Origin: Erythrobacter sp.
GTDB lineage: Bacteria > Pseudomonadota > Alphaproteobacteria > Sphingomonadales > Sphingomonadaceae
Assembly: GCF_035194505.1 (NCBI RefSeq)
Contig: NZ_CP136573.1
Location: 2,894,587-2,958,586 of the forward strand
DNA: 64,000 nt
Direction of reading: 5' to 3'
The position numbers were made by a program, and so were the translations under genes. The number at the start of each line of letters is the position of its first letter. The stretch's first letter is position 1. The notes under the pieces are model-generated. The model ran no database searches. It saw nothing but the letters and a program-made list of their open reading frames with translations, and was not told the DNA's origin. This document shows positions 51,667-64,000 of the stretch, piece after piece.

Positions 51667-52469
51667 GCCGAGGGGCGGAAGCGCAGCACCACCGTCAATC
51701 CAGTGTCGCCAGCGACGGGCTCTGCCGCGCCGTCCCAAGCCTCCCGCGCCGCATCGGCACGCGCCCGGGCGAGAATGGCGGACGGCACCGGCCCGTCGAT
51801 CAGCAGCACATCGGCCTCGCCCAGCAGGCGCGCCTGTCGCAGCGTGAGGTCCTCAGGATCGGCACTGGTCAGGATCAGTTCTGCTGCCTGTCCCGTTCGG
51901 GCCGGAGCGGCGCCCTCGGCCCAATCCGAAACCCGCACATGCGCATCGCGATCAAACGGATCGAGCGGGCCACCTTCAGCCAGCGCCGCATCGATCACCC
52001 GCCGCCGCGCGGCACCATCGGTAAAGCGCTTGCGCAAGACCGGCCGCGCAGCCTCCAGCGCGCGCGCCAGCAGCCCCAGCGTCTCGGGCAGCACCCGTTC
52101 GAGCCGCAGCCGCACATGCTTGGCAAGCCCCGCCGAAGCCCCGCCTGTCCCGATCGCGATCAGCAGCGGATCACGATCGAGGATGCTTGGCGTGGTGAAG
52201 TCGCACAGCTCGGGCCGGTCAACGACATTGACCAGCATCCCCGCGCAGCGCGCATTGACCGCGGCGACCTCGCAGGCCTTGCCATCATCATAGGCAATGA
52301 ACGCGAGCCGCACGCCTTCATCGATCGCGCGGGGCAGATCGTCCACCACCACGCCGCCAGCGCGCTCGACAAGCCGTCGCTTGGGTTCGGCCGCCGGCCC
52401 GTCACCCAGTACCAGCACCTGTTGTCCGGCGATCTGGTGGAACAGGGGCAGGCTGGCGATCTGGCTCAT
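51663..52469 (-). CDS. Precorrin-2 dehydrogenase / sirohydrochlorin ferrochelatase (CysG N-terminal type) with a vestigial methyltransferase stub
   Basis: 268 aa from ATG 52469. The Rossmann motif is VLVLGDGPAAEPKRRL. The last ~70 aa (LILTSADPEDLTLRQARLLGEADVLLID) resemble the start of a SUMT domain but lack the GAGPGD loop. Confidence 0.75.
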   Translation of the reverse strand: MSQIASLPLFHQIAGQQVLVLGDGPAAEPKRRLVERAGGVVVDDLPRAIDEGVRLAFIAYDDGKACEVAAVNARCAGMLVNVVDRPELCDFTTPSILDRDPLLIAIGTGGASAGLAKHVRLRLERVLPETLGLLARALEAARPVLRKRFTDGAARRRVIDAALAEGGPLDPFDRDAHVRVSDWAEGAAPARTGQAAELILTSADPEDLTLRQARLLGEADVLLIDGPVPSAILARARADAAREAWDGAAEPVAGDTGLTVVLRFRPSA

Positions 52470-52476
52470 CTGAGCC

Positions 52477-53736
52477 TCAAACCAGCCATTCCGGCACGCG
52501 TTCGGCATCCATGATCGCGCCCGCCTCGATCCGGTCGGCCACCACGGCGAACCTGTCGCCATCCACCAGCACTTCGGCCACGAAGCCGCGCGAATTGTAG
52601 GATGATGCCATGGTCGCGCCGTAAGCCCCCGCGGTGCGGAACACGGCAAGATCGCCCGCTTCCAGCGCGTCGCATTCCCGGCCCATGGCGAAGGTATCGC
52701 CGGTCTCGCAGATCGGGCCGACGATGTTCGCGGTCATCTGTGCGCCCTTGGGCTCGACCGCCTCGAAGTGGTGATAGGCCCCGTAGAGCGCCGGGCGTGC
52801 AAGATCGTTCATCGCCGCATCGACGATCACGAAAGGATCCTTGATCCCGCGCTTCACCCGCACCACGCGGGTCAGCAGGACGCCGGCATTGCCAGCGATC
52901 ACCCGGCCCGGCTCGAAGATCAGCTTGACGCCCCAGTCCTTCGTCACCCGCGCGACCATCGCGCCATAGGCGGCGGGTTCCGGCAGGATTTCGCCAACGC
53001 GGTAAGGCACGCCGAGCCCGCCGCCCAGGTCGACATGGGTGATGGTATGGCCCGCACCGCGCAGCGCCGTCACCAGCGCGCCGAGCTTTTCGAATGCGGT
53101 CTCCAGCGGGGCGAGATCGGCGAGCTGGCTGCCGATATGTACCGCCACGCCGCGCAGGTTGACCCCGGGCAGCTTGGCCAGCGTGCCGAAGATCTGCCCG
53201 GCCTCGCTGATCGGCACGCCGAACTTGTTATCGGCCTTGCCGGTCGAGATCTTGTCATGGGTGCCGGCATCAACATCGGGATTGATGCGCAAGGTGCACT
53301 GCGCCGTCATCCCGCGCGCCGCCGCGATTTCGGCCAGCTCGACGCCCTCTTCCTCGCTCTCGATATTGAACTGGCCGATCCTGGCATCGAGTGCGGCGAC
53401 CATCTCGGCTGCGGTCTTGCCCACCCCCGAAAAGACGATCATTTCCGGCGCAATCCCGGCCGCCAGCGCGCGGCGCATCTCGCCAACCGAGACGACGTCT
53501 GCGCCCATGCCTTGCTGGCCCAGCACCTTCAGCACGGCCAGGTTGGGGTTCGACTTCACGGCAAAGGCGATGAGCTTGTCCTGCACCCCCTCCAGCGCCT
53601 CGCGGAAGACGCGGGCGTGGCGTTCCAGCGTTGCGCGCGAATAGACATAGACGGGCGTGCCGACTTCCTCCGCAATCAGCGGCAGCGGCACGTCTTCGGC
53701 GTGCATGACGCCGTTTCTGAGGGCAAAATGATCCAT
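52477..53736 (-). CDS. lysA: Diaminopimelate decarboxylase
   Basis: 419 aa. PLP-lysine context FAVKSNPN, HIGSQ and EPGRVIAGNAG. Confidence 0.93.
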   Translation of the reverse strand: MDHFALRNGVMHAEDVPLPLIAEEVGTPVYVYSRATLERHARVFREALEGVQDKLIAFAVKSNPNLAVLKVLGQQGMGADVVSVGEMRRALAAGIAPEMIVFSGVGKTAAEMVAALDARIGQFNIESEEEGVELAEIAAARGMTAQCTLRINPDVDAGTHDKISTGKADNKFGVPISEAGQIFGTLAKLPGVNLRGVAVHIGSQLADLAPLETAFEKLGALVTALRGAGHTITHVDLGGGLGVPYRVGEILPEPAAYGAMVARVTKDWGVKLIFEPGRVIAGNAGVLLTRVVRVKRGIKDPFVIVDAAMNDLARPALYGAYHHFEAVEPKGAQMTANIVGPICETGDTFAMGRECDALEAGDLAVFRTAGAYGATMASSYNSRGFVAEVLVDGDRFAVVADRIEAGAIMDAERVPEWLV

Positions 53737-53750
53737 GACGAAGCGGGGTC

Positions 53751-53990
53751 TTATTCCGGGGGGAGATCGAAGGGGTCGTCCTGCCGTTCTTCCGAGCGGC
53801 GGCGCAGTTCTACGCTGCGTTCGGGCGCGGCGAGGGCATCGCGGCGCAGCAGTTCATCGGCATTGGGCGGCGCGGTGGCACCATGCGGGGCGACCGGCAG
53901 GCTCGCGCTTTCGGGCGGAGTAAGCGGCGCGCGCGAACCGCAGCCGGCCAGCAGCGCTGCGGCAGCAATGGCAATCACGATACGCATCAT
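53751..53990 (-). CDS. Small lipoprotein (79 aa) between argH and lysA
   Basis: Lipobox LLAGC. Its start ATGATG overlaps the argH TGA. Small lipoproteins of this kind are commonly found upstream of lysA/dapF in proteobacteria. Confidence 0.55.
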   Translation of the reverse strand: MMRIVIAIAAAALLAGCGSRAPLTPPESASLPVAPHGATAPPNADELLRRDALAAPERSVELRRRSEERQDDPFDLPPE

Positions 53991-55396
53991 TCCTCCATCC
54001 CCAGCACTGCCCGCGCACGGGCCACTTGCAAACGGACCTGATCGGGTGCGGTTCCGCCATAAGACGCGCGCGCTGCCACCGAAGCATCGACCGACAGCGC
54101 GGCATAGACGCTGTCATCGATCCGCGCATCAATGGCCTGAAGATCGGCCAGCGGCAGGGCATCAAGCGCAATCCCCCGGCTTTCCGCCAGCTTCACCGCG
54201 CTGCCTGTGATATGATGCGCCTCGCGGAACGGAATGCCGCGCGCCCGCACCAGCCAGTCGGCAAGATCGGTGGCGGTAGCATAGCCCAGTTCCGCCGCCG
54301 CGCGCATCCGGGCGGTATTGAACGAAGCGCCTGCGATCATTCCGGTCATCGCCGCGATGCTGAGCGCCATCAGTCCTGCGGCCTCGAAAACCGGCGGCTT
54401 GTCGTCCTGCATGTCCTTGGAATAGGCGAGCGGGAGCCCCTTCATGGTGATCATCAGGCTGGTGAGGCTGCCGATCACCCGCCCCGAATGGCCGCGCACC
54501 AGTTCTGCGGCATCGGGGTTCTTCTTCTGCGGCATGATCGAGGAGCCGGTTGAGAGAGTGTCGGGCAGGCGGATGAAGCCGAAGGGCTGGCTCGCCCACA
54601 GGATTAGCTCTTCGGCGAGGCGCGACAGGTGCAGCGCGCTCGACGAGCAGCACCACAGGAAATCGAGCGCAAAATCGCGGTCGGACACAGCGTCGAGCGA
54701 ATTGGCAGTGGGGCGGTCGAACCCGAGCGCCGCCGCCGTCATGTCGCGATCGATGGGAAAGCCGGTGCCTGCCAGCGCCGCCGAGCCGAGCGGACATTCG
54801 TTCATCCGCACCCGCGCGTCGGCGATCCGCGCCCGGTCGCGGCGGAACATCTCGTAGTAGGCCATCAGGTGGTGGCCGAGCGTCACCGGCTGCGCGGTCT
54901 GGAGATGGGTGAAGCCGGGCATGATGCTGTCCGCATGCTCGCCCGCACGGGCCACCAGCGCGCATTGTAGCGCGGCGAGGCCTTCATCCATCTGAGCAAA
55001 GCCATCGCGCACCCACAGGCGGAAATCGGTCGCCACCTGATCATTGCGGCTGCGCGCGGTGTGGAGGCGACCGGCGACCGGGCCGATCAGCTCGGCCAGC
55101 CGCGCCTCGGTGGTCATGTGGATGTCCTCGAGGTCCCAGTTCTCGGGCACGCCATGGGCGGCATATTCGGCCGCGACCTGATCGAGCCCGGCGCTGATCG
55201 TAGCGGCATCCTCGGCGGCGATGATGCCCTGTGCACCCAGCATCGCGACATGCGCTTTGGATGCGGTGATGTCCTGCTGCCACAGCGCCTTGTCGAACGG
55301 GATCGAGGCGTTGATTTCGCGCATGATCGCGCTAGGGCCGGCAGCGAAGCGCCCGCCCCACATCGCGTTGGCCGCCTTTTCTTCGGAGCCTGTCAT
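53987..55396 (-). CDS. argH: Argininosuccinate lyase (start uncertain: 55396, 55414 or 55363)
   Basis: [11 protein letters not shown] near the N-terminus and the fumarate-lyase signature [12 protein letters not shown]. The track ORF extends to 55879 through tlpA and is not credible. Confidence 0.9.
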   Translation of the reverse strand: MTGSEEKAANAMWGGRFAAGPSAIMREINASIPFDKALWQQDITASKAHVAMLGAQGIIAAEDAATISAGLDQVAAEYAAHGVPENWDLEDIHMTTEARLAELIGPVAGRLHTARSRNDQVATDFRLWVRDGFAQMDEGLAALQCALVARAGEHADSIMPGFTHLQTAQPVTLGHHLMAYYEMFRRDRARIADARVRMNECPLGSAALAGTGFPIDRDMTAAALGFDRPTANSLDAVSDRDFALDFLWCCSSSALHLSRLAEELILWASQPFGFIRLPDTLSTGSSIMPQKKNPDAAELVRGHSGRVIGSLTSLMITMKGLPLAYSKDMQDDKPPVFEAAGLMALSIAAMTGMIAGASFNTARMRAAAELGYATATDLADWLVRARGIPFREAHHITGSAVKLAESRGIALDALPLADLQAIDARIDDSVYAALSVDASVAARASYGGTAPDQVRLQVARARAVLGMEE

Positions 55397-55964
55397 GTCC
55401 CGCTCTTCGCTCATTCTTGCAATACCGCTGCTGCTGCTGGCAGGATGCGATAGGCCTGCAGGGGCGCCAGCGCAACCGGGCGAGGCGGCGCAAGACAATG
55501 CAAAAGCGGCAGCGGGCGTGGTGGACCGCAAGTTTGCCGGCACCCCGCTCCCCGCGCTCACCTTCAAGGATCCGGCGGGCAATGCGCTCGATCTGGGCGC
55601 GCAGGACGGGCCGGTGCTGATCAATCTGTGGGCGACATGGTGCGGCCCCTGCGTGATCGAGATGCCGCAGCTTGATGCCCTTGCGGGCGAGCTTGAGGGC
55701 GAGGTGCGGGTGATCACCATCAGCCAGGACCTGCGCGGAGCCGAGACCGTCTCTCCGTTCTTTGCCGAGAAGGGTTTCGTCCGGCTCGAACCCTGGCTTG
55801 ATCCCGATACCACCATGTCGGCCCAGTTCACGCCCGAGGGCGCATTGCCGCTGACCATCCTGTTCGATGCCAAGGGCAAGGAAGTGCTGCGCGTAGCGGG
55901 CGGTTATGAATGGGACAGCCCGGCAGCAATCGCGATGATCCGCGAGAGCCTTGCCACCCGATAG
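55395..55964 (+). CDS. tlpA: TlpA-like thiol:disulfide oxidoreductase lipoprotein
   Basis: Lipobox LLLAGC and the thioredoxin motif WATWCGPC. 189 aa from ATG 55395. Confidence 0.8.
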   Translation: MSRSSLILAIPLLLLAGCDRPAGAPAQPGEAAQDNAKAAAGVVDRKFAGTPLPALTFKDPAGNALDLGAQDGPVLINLWATWCGPCVIEMPQLDALAGELEGEVRVITISQDLRGAETVSPFFAEKGFVRLEPWLDPDTTMSAQFTPEGALPLTILFDAKGKEVLRVAGGYEWDSPAAIAMIRESLATR

Positions 55965-55976
55965 GCTGGCTACGGG

Positions 55977-57956
55977 CTATTCTGGCGGTTCGAGCCCCTT
56001 CCGCGCCTGCCTGAGGATCGCGCAGCGGCGCTGGACATGGGTGTCTTCCAGCATCCGGGCCGCTGATGTGGCTATCCGGCGGCGCCAGTTGGGGTGGACG
56101 TCGACAGTACCGGGCAGGTTGGGCTGCTCATCCAGACCCAGCATGTCCTCCAACGAAACCAGCGCGAGGCAGGAGGGCGTGCGGGCGATATGGGCGATGG
56201 CAGCGTCGACCACCGGGTCCGGGTCATCGGCCGCGGGGCGAGGGGCGTGGTGGTTCAAGGTCGACCAGAGCAATCCGCGGTCCCATTCGCGGATCGCTTC
56301 GGCTTCCGAGCGGCCAATGTTTTCAGGCAGGCGGCCAAGCTCTTCGGCCCAGTCGAGATCGCGCCCGCGCCACCAGCCGGCGACTGTCACCGTGTCATGC
56401 GTCCCGCTCATCGCGGTGCTGAGCGGCTCGTAATCCTGTGCACCGACGAAGCCGTGATCCTCGGCGCGTTCGAACCACAAGACGCGCATCCCCAGCATCC
56501 GCCTGTCCGTGACGGCCTGGGTAAAGCCGAAGGGCGCGGTGCCGAGATCCTCGGCGATCACCAGCGCATTGGCGCGGTGCGCTTCGAGCGCGGTGAGGCG
56601 CACGAGATCCTCGAACGGGAAGGAGAGGTAGGCACCATCGGACGTCGCGCCGCCTTCCGGGATGACCCAGAGCCGCGCCAGGCCGAAGGCGTGATCGATC
56701 CTGAGGCCGCCGCCCACCGAAAGGCCTGCGCGGATCATCGCTATCCACGGGGCGTAGCCGGTGTCGCGCAGGCCATCGGGCGAAAAGCCGGTGATCGACC
56801 AGTTCTGCCCGAGCGGCCCAAGCGGGTCGGGCGGCGCGCCGATGGTGAGCCCGTCCAGCATCGCATGGCGCAGCGACCATGCATCGCTGCCCGCCGGATC
56901 GACCCCGACTGCGAGATCCGCGATCAGGCCGATCCCCATGCCAGCCTTGCGGGCCGCCGTCTGCGCGGCTTCCAGACCCTGCCGTGCGAGCCATTGCACG
57001 AAGAGGTGGAAGGCGATCTCCTCGGGGTGTTCGGCAGCAAAGCGCCGCGCTGCGGCACCATTCGGATCGTGGAAGGCGGCGGGCCAGCCCTGCCAGCCAT
57101 GTGCGCCTTGCGGGCGGAAGTGGCAATCGAGCGCATCGAACAGCGCGTGTCGATGCAGCATGGCATCGCCCTCTGCGGCAATCGCCGCGCGCCGCGCAGG
57201 ATCGAGCGCCGCAAAGACTGTCCGCAATTCGGCAAGACACCGTGGCATGGCGGCAGGCCAGTCGATCAGATCTCTGGCATCGCCTGCCGGTGGTAGCGGC
57301 GGCAGGCCTGCTAGCGCCGGATCTCCCATCGCTCCGTTGAGGAACAGGCGGCTCGACGGCGAATAGGGACTGAAATTCTCGCCATGGCCGGGAAACAGGG
57401 CATGCACCGGATTGATCGCCAATGCATCCCCGCCCGCCGCGCCAAGCGCACGCGCGGCCTCAGCAAGGTCTGCGAAGGTGCCAAAGGGGGTGGGCTGTTC
57501 TCCCCGCAAGGAGGGGATCTGGAGCGATACGCCCCACGGACGGCGCTGATCCTGCGCTGGCAGGGGACATGCTGGCGGCGCAACCGCGAGCTTCAGCGCA
57601 TGACCATCCAGAATAAGATCGTAATATCCCGGCGGCGCTGTCACCTGAAGCTGGTTGCCGGTGACGGCCAAGGGCCGGGTGATGCCGTCTTCGCCAGTGA
57701 TCTCGGCGCGGTTGGCGGCAATCGGCAGAGGGATGCTGGCCCCGGCATCGGCCACCAGCATCGCCGGCAAACCCATGCGCCGTTCCGCCACCGCAGCAAG
57801 GCTGCGCGCGATCCGGGCTTCGCTGCCTGCCTCATGGCCGAGCGCGGCAATCAAGGCAACGAGCGCATCGTCCGCGACACGCTGCTGACGCCCTTCGACA
57901 TCCGTCCAGTCGCGGCTCAACCCGCAAGCATGGGCCAGCGCGTGCAGTTGCTCCAT
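55977..57956 (-). CDS. malQ: 4-alpha-glucanotransferase (amylomaltase, GH77)
   Basis: GH77 catalytic region LRIDHAFGL. ATG 57956 has a strong GGGAGG 5 nt upstream and is preferred over TTG 57995. Confidence 0.88.
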   Translation of the reverse strand: MEQLHALAHACGLSRDWTDVEGRQQRVADDALVALIAALGHEAGSEARIARSLAAVAERRMGLPAMLVADAGASIPLPIAANRAEITGEDGITRPLAVTGNQLQVTAPPGYYDLILDGHALKLAVAPPACPLPAQDQRRPWGVSLQIPSLRGEQPTPFGTFADLAEAARALGAAGGDALAINPVHALFPGHGENFSPYSPSSRLFLNGAMGDPALAGLPPLPPAGDARDLIDWPAAMPRCLAELRTVFAALDPARRAAIAAEGDAMLHRHALFDALDCHFRPQGAHGWQGWPAAFHDPNGAAARRFAAEHPEEIAFHLFVQWLARQGLEAAQTAARKAGMGIGLIADLAVGVDPAGSDAWSLRHAMLDGLTIGAPPDPLGPLGQNWSITGFSPDGLRDTGYAPWIAMIRAGLSVGGGLRIDHAFGLARLWVIPEGGATSDGAYLSFPFEDLVRLTALEAHRANALVIAEDLGTAPFGFTQAVTDRRMLGMRVLWFERAEDHGFVGAQDYEPLSTAMSGTHDTVTVAGWWRGRDLDWAEELGRLPENIGRSEAEAIREWDRGLLWSTLNHHAPRPAADDPDPVVDAAIAHIARTPSCLALVSLEDMLGLDEQPNLPGTVDVHPNWRRRIATSAARMLEDTHVQRRCAILRQARKGLEPPE

Positions 57957-58166
57957 TGCGGCCTCCCTTCGCTTTCCCAGCGCATCCTTCGCCAAAGCCC
58001 CGCTGGCAAGCGCTTTGCGGGCATCTTTCCCGCATGAATACGACTGTCACGGCATCTGACTGATTGCTGCACGCGGTTGCAACTGGCTAGGGTGTGTTTG
58101 ACAGAGGCGGGGGGCGCTGTTCTCGCGGTTCGATCCTGTCAGGCTTCAAAGGGGAGTGCGCAAAGC

Positions 58167-60589
<2,423 letters not shown>

Positions 60590-60593
<4 letters not shown>

Positions 60594-62752
60594 AACCCCC
60601 GGCCGAGGCCATCGCCGCGCTGATGGACGGATCGCACGCCGATCCCTTCTCGCTGCTCGGCCCGCATGACGGCCCGGCAGGGACCTTTGCCCGCGCGATC
60701 CTGCACGGTGCCGAAACCGCCGAGGCTTTCTCGCTCAAGGGTGGGCGCCTCGGCAAGATGACCCGCGTCGATGGCCCGCTGTTCGAGGGGCTGCTGCGGG
60801 GCAAGCCCAAGCCGGTGCGTTACCATTGCAAGGGGAACGGCCACGAATGGTGGGTGACCGATCCCTACAGCTTCGGCCCCGTTCTGGGGCCGATGGACGA
60901 TTTCCTGATCGCCGAGGGCACGCATCTTCGGCTGTTCGACAAGCTCGGCGCGCATGTGATCGAACATCAGGGCTGCACGGGCGTGCACTTCGCCGTCTGG
61001 GCGCCCAATGCCCGCAGCGTAAACCTTGTCGGCGATTTCAACGGCTGGAACGGGGCTGCGCATATGCTGCGCCGCCGTGTCGATATCGGCGTGTGGGAAA
61101 TCTTCATCCCCGACATCGGCGAAGGCGCGGCCTACAAATATCGCATCACCGGGCCTGACGGCACGGTCCAGCCGCTGAAGGCCGATCCCTTCGCCTTCGC
61201 CAGCGAGCTGCGCCCCAGGACCGCCAGCATCGTCGCGCGGCCCGGCAAGCGCGAATGGGGCGACTCTGCCCACCGTGCCCACTGGGCCAGCGTCGATCCC
61301 CGGCGCGAGGCCATATCGATCTACGAAGTCCACCCCGGCTCATGGCAGCGTCGCGATGATGGCTGGTTCCTCGACTGGGACGAACTGGCCGCGCGGCTGA
61401 TCCCCTACGTGGCCGAAATGGGCTTTACCCATATCGAGTTCCTGCCCGTCTCCGAACATCCCTATGATCCGAGCTGGGGCTACCAGACCACCGGGCTTTA
61501 CGCCCCCTCGGCCCGCTTTGGCGATGTGGAGGGCTTTGCCCGCTTCGTTGACGGCGCCCACCGCGCCGGGATCGGCGTGCTGATCGACTGGGTGCCGGCG
61601 CATTTTCCGGTCGACGAGCATGGCCTTGCCCGTTTCGACGGCACCGCGCTCTACGAACACGAAGACCCGCGCTTGGGCTTTCACCCCGACTGGAACACCG
61701 CGATCTACAATTTCGGGCGCAAGGAAGTGCGCTCTTTCCTGGTCAACAATGCGCTGTTCTGGGCAGAGCAGTATCATGTCGATGGCCTTCGTGTGGATGC
61801 GGTCGCCTCGATGCTCTACCGTGATTACTCGCGCAAAGAGGGAGAATGGATCCCCAACGCCGAGGGTGGGCGCGAGAACTGGGAAGCGGTCGAATTCATG
61901 CGCGCGACCAACCGCGCGCTCTATGGCACCCATGCGGGAGTCATGACGATTGCCGAGGAATCGACCTCATGGCCGGGCGTTTCGCAACCCGCCTTTGACG
62001 AAGGCCCGCGCACCGCATTGGGCTTCGGGTTCAAGTGGAACATGGGCTTCATGCACGACACTCTCCAGTACATGGCGCGCGATCCGGTGCACCGCAAATA
62101 CCACCACAACGAGATCACCTTCGGGCTCGTCTATGCCTTCTCCGAGAATTTCGTCCTGCCTTTGAGCCATGACGAGGTGGTGCACGGCAAGGGCACGATC
62201 CTGGGCAAGATGAGTGGTGATGACTGGCAGCAATTCGCCAACCTGCGTGCCTACTATGCGATGATGTGGGGCTATCCCGGCAAGAAGCTGCTGTTCATGG
62301 GACAGGAGTTTGCCCAGCGCCGCGAATGGAGCGAGGAGCGCGCGCTTGACTGGGAGCTGATGGACGCGCCCGCGCATCGCGGCGTCGCGCGGCTGATCTG
62401 CGACCTGAACCGCCTCTACCGCGAAACCCCCGCGCTCCATGCACGTGATTGCGAGGGCGAGGGCTTTGCATGGCTGATCGCGGATGATGCCGACAACTCG
62501 GTCTTCGCCTGGGTGCGTATGGCGCCGGGCGCGGCTCCGGTGGCGGTGATTTCTAACATGACCCCGGCGCTGCACACGGCCTACCGCGTGCCGCTACCGC
62601 ATGACGGGGCATGGGCCGAAGTGCTCAATAGCGATGCGGAGATCTATGGTGGAAGCGGTCAGGGCAATCTTGGCCGCGTCGAGGCCCGCGATGGCGCTGC
62701 ACACATCGTGTTGCCGCCACTCGCCACGATAATGCTGCAATTCGAAGGTTAG
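60590..62752 (+). CDS. glgB: 1,4-alpha-glucan branching enzyme
   Basis: The GTG at 60590 overlaps the glgP TGA (GTGA). GH13 motifs [19 protein letters not shown] and [11 protein letters not shown]. Confidence 0.92.
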
Positions 62753-62792
62753 GCTAAACGGAACAAGACACCGGACAAGGGGAGACGTCGGG

Positions 62793-64000
62793 ATGAGAGA
62801 GGTGACTTCGGGAAGGCCGCTGGCGCGTGACGCCATGGCTTATGTGCTGGCAGGCGGGCGCGGCAGCCGGTTGATGGAACTGACGGACCGGCGCGCCAAG
62901 CCGGCGGTCTATTTCGGCGGCAAGTCGCGCATCATCGACTTTGCCCTGTCGAACGCGATCAATTCCGGCATCCGCCGCATCGGCGTCGCAACGCAGTACA
63001 AGGCGCACTCGCTGATCCGCCACATGCAGCGCGCGTGGACCTTCCTGCGCCCCGAACGTAACGAAAGCTTCGACATTCTGCCTGCCAGCCAGCGCGTCTC
63101 GGAAAACCAGTGGTACGAAGGCACGGCCGATGCGGTGTTCCAGAACATGGACATCATCGCCAGCCTCGCGCCCAAGTACATGGTGATCCTGGCGGGCGAT
63201 CACATCTACAAGATGGACTACGAATTGATGCTGCAACAGCACGTCAATTCCGGCGCCGATGTGACGGTCGGTTGCCTTGTCGTGCCGCGCATGGAGGCGA
63301 CCGGCTTTGGCGTCATGCAGGTCGACGCGAACGACACCATCACCGCCTTTGTCGAGAAGCCCAAGGACCCGCCCGGCATTCCCGGCAACGAGGGCATGGC
63401 GCTGGCTTCGATGGGGATCTATGTCTTCAACACCGAATTCCTGTTCGAACAGTTGCGGCGCGATGCCGATGATCCCGCTTCCAAGCGCGATTTCGGCGGG
63501 GACATCATCCCCTACATCGTCAAGCACGGCAAAGCCGTCGCCCACCGCTTCACCAACAGCTGCATCCGCGCTGCCGAGGAGATCGAGGAATACTGGCGCG
63601 ATGTCGGCACGCTGGATGCCTATTTCGAAGCCAATCTCGATCTCACCGACACGGTGCCCAAGCTCAATCTCTATGACCGCGACTGGCCGATCTGGACCGA
63701 TGCCGTGGTCGCAGCGCCTGCCAAGTTCGTCCATGACGAGGACGGGCGGCGCGGCTTTGCGGTATCCTCTCTGGTGTCGGGCGACTGCATCGTCTCTGGC
63801 AGCGAAGTGCGGCGCAGCCTGCTGTTCACCGGTGTCAAGATCGGCAGCTATTCCGATGTGCGCGAGGCTGTGATCCTGCCCTATTGCAACATCGGACGCG
63901 GGGCGCGGCTCAACCGGGTGATCATCGATTCCGGCGTGCGCATCCCGGAAGGCATGGTCATCGGCGAGGATCCCGAGCTTGACGCGCGCCGGTTCCGGGT
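62793..64000 (+). CDS. glgC: Glucose-1-phosphate adenylyltransferase (3' end outside window)
   Basis: Not in the ORF track because there is no stop before the window end. My own translation from ATG 62793 (AAGGGGAG upstream) gives [54 protein letters not shown], a canonical GlgC N-terminus. Confidence 0.9.
   Translation, partial: MREVTSGRPLARDAMAYVLAGGRGSRLMELTDRRAKPAVYFGGKSRIIDFALSNAINSGIRRIGVATQYKAHSLIRHMQRAWTFLRPERNESFDILPASQRVSENQWYEGTADAVFQNMDIIASLAPKYMVILAGDHIYKMDYELMLQQHVNSGADVTVGCLVVPRMEATGFGVMQVDANDTITAFVEKPKDPPGIPGNEGMALASMGIYVFNTEFLFEQLRRDADDPASKRDFGGDIIPYIVKHGKAVAHRFTNSCIRAAEEIEEYWRDVGTLDAYFEANLDLTDTVPKLNLYDRDWPIWTDAVVAAPAKFVHDEDGRRGFAVSSLVSGDCIVSGSEVRRSLLFTGVKIGSYSDVREAVILPYCNIGRGARLNRVIIDSGVRIPEGMVIGEDPELDARRFR

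Overview
This is a 64-kb chromosomal segment from a high-GC alphaproteobacterium. By eye the GC content is about 65%, and third codon positions are almost always G or C. Protein signatures and gene order suggest Sphingomonadales/Erythrobacteraceae, which is an inference rather than something computed.

Most of the window is densely packed housekeeping operons:
- the 3' half of the dcw cell-division cluster (ftsW-murG-murC-murB-ddl-ftsQ-ftsA-ftsZ), followed by a TPR/SPOR protein
- ybjN-proC and a BI-1/YccA membrane protein
- tRNA-Ala, then a cobalamin riboswitch and a TonB-dependent receptor
- obg-proB
- a sulfate-assimilation operon (cobA-DUF2849-cysI-DUF934-cysH)
- sseA-metC and queF
- rarA, and a PadR regulator with a membrane protein
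- serC-serA, hisZ-ridA and purA
- argH-lipoprotein-lysA and tlpA
- a glycogen cluster (malQ / glgP-glgB-glgC)

The clearly non-ordinary content is at about 26.7-38.0 kb. A perfect 16-bp parS palindrome with iteron-like repeats sits beside a small, possibly frameshifted, PAS gene. That gene is transcribed divergently from a tight three-gene operon:
- a 1835-aa trifunctional propionyl-CoA synthase
- a 1232-aa bifunctional malonyl-CoA reductase
- accA

Together these three genes give a linear acetyl-CoA -> malonyl-CoA -> 3-hydroxypropionate -> propionyl-CoA module, the signature enzymes of the Chloroflexus 3-hydroxypropionate bi-cycle. The operon ends flush against a convergent tRNA-Thr.

Other points worth a second look:
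- a palindromic REP/MITE-like family (termini CCGTTCG...CGAACGG), with one copy embedded in frame inside cysI
- a second, bipartite hairpin repeat flanking serA on both sides
- a hairpin with 35-bp arms followed by an AT-rich island
- several hairpins that sequester Shine-Dalgarno sequences (serC, mcr and a membrane gene)
- rarA translationally coupled to an RNase-H-like hypothetical gene

I found no CRISPR array, transposase, integrase, prophage or recognisable defence system. The many long antisense ORFs in the track are high-GC artefacts.
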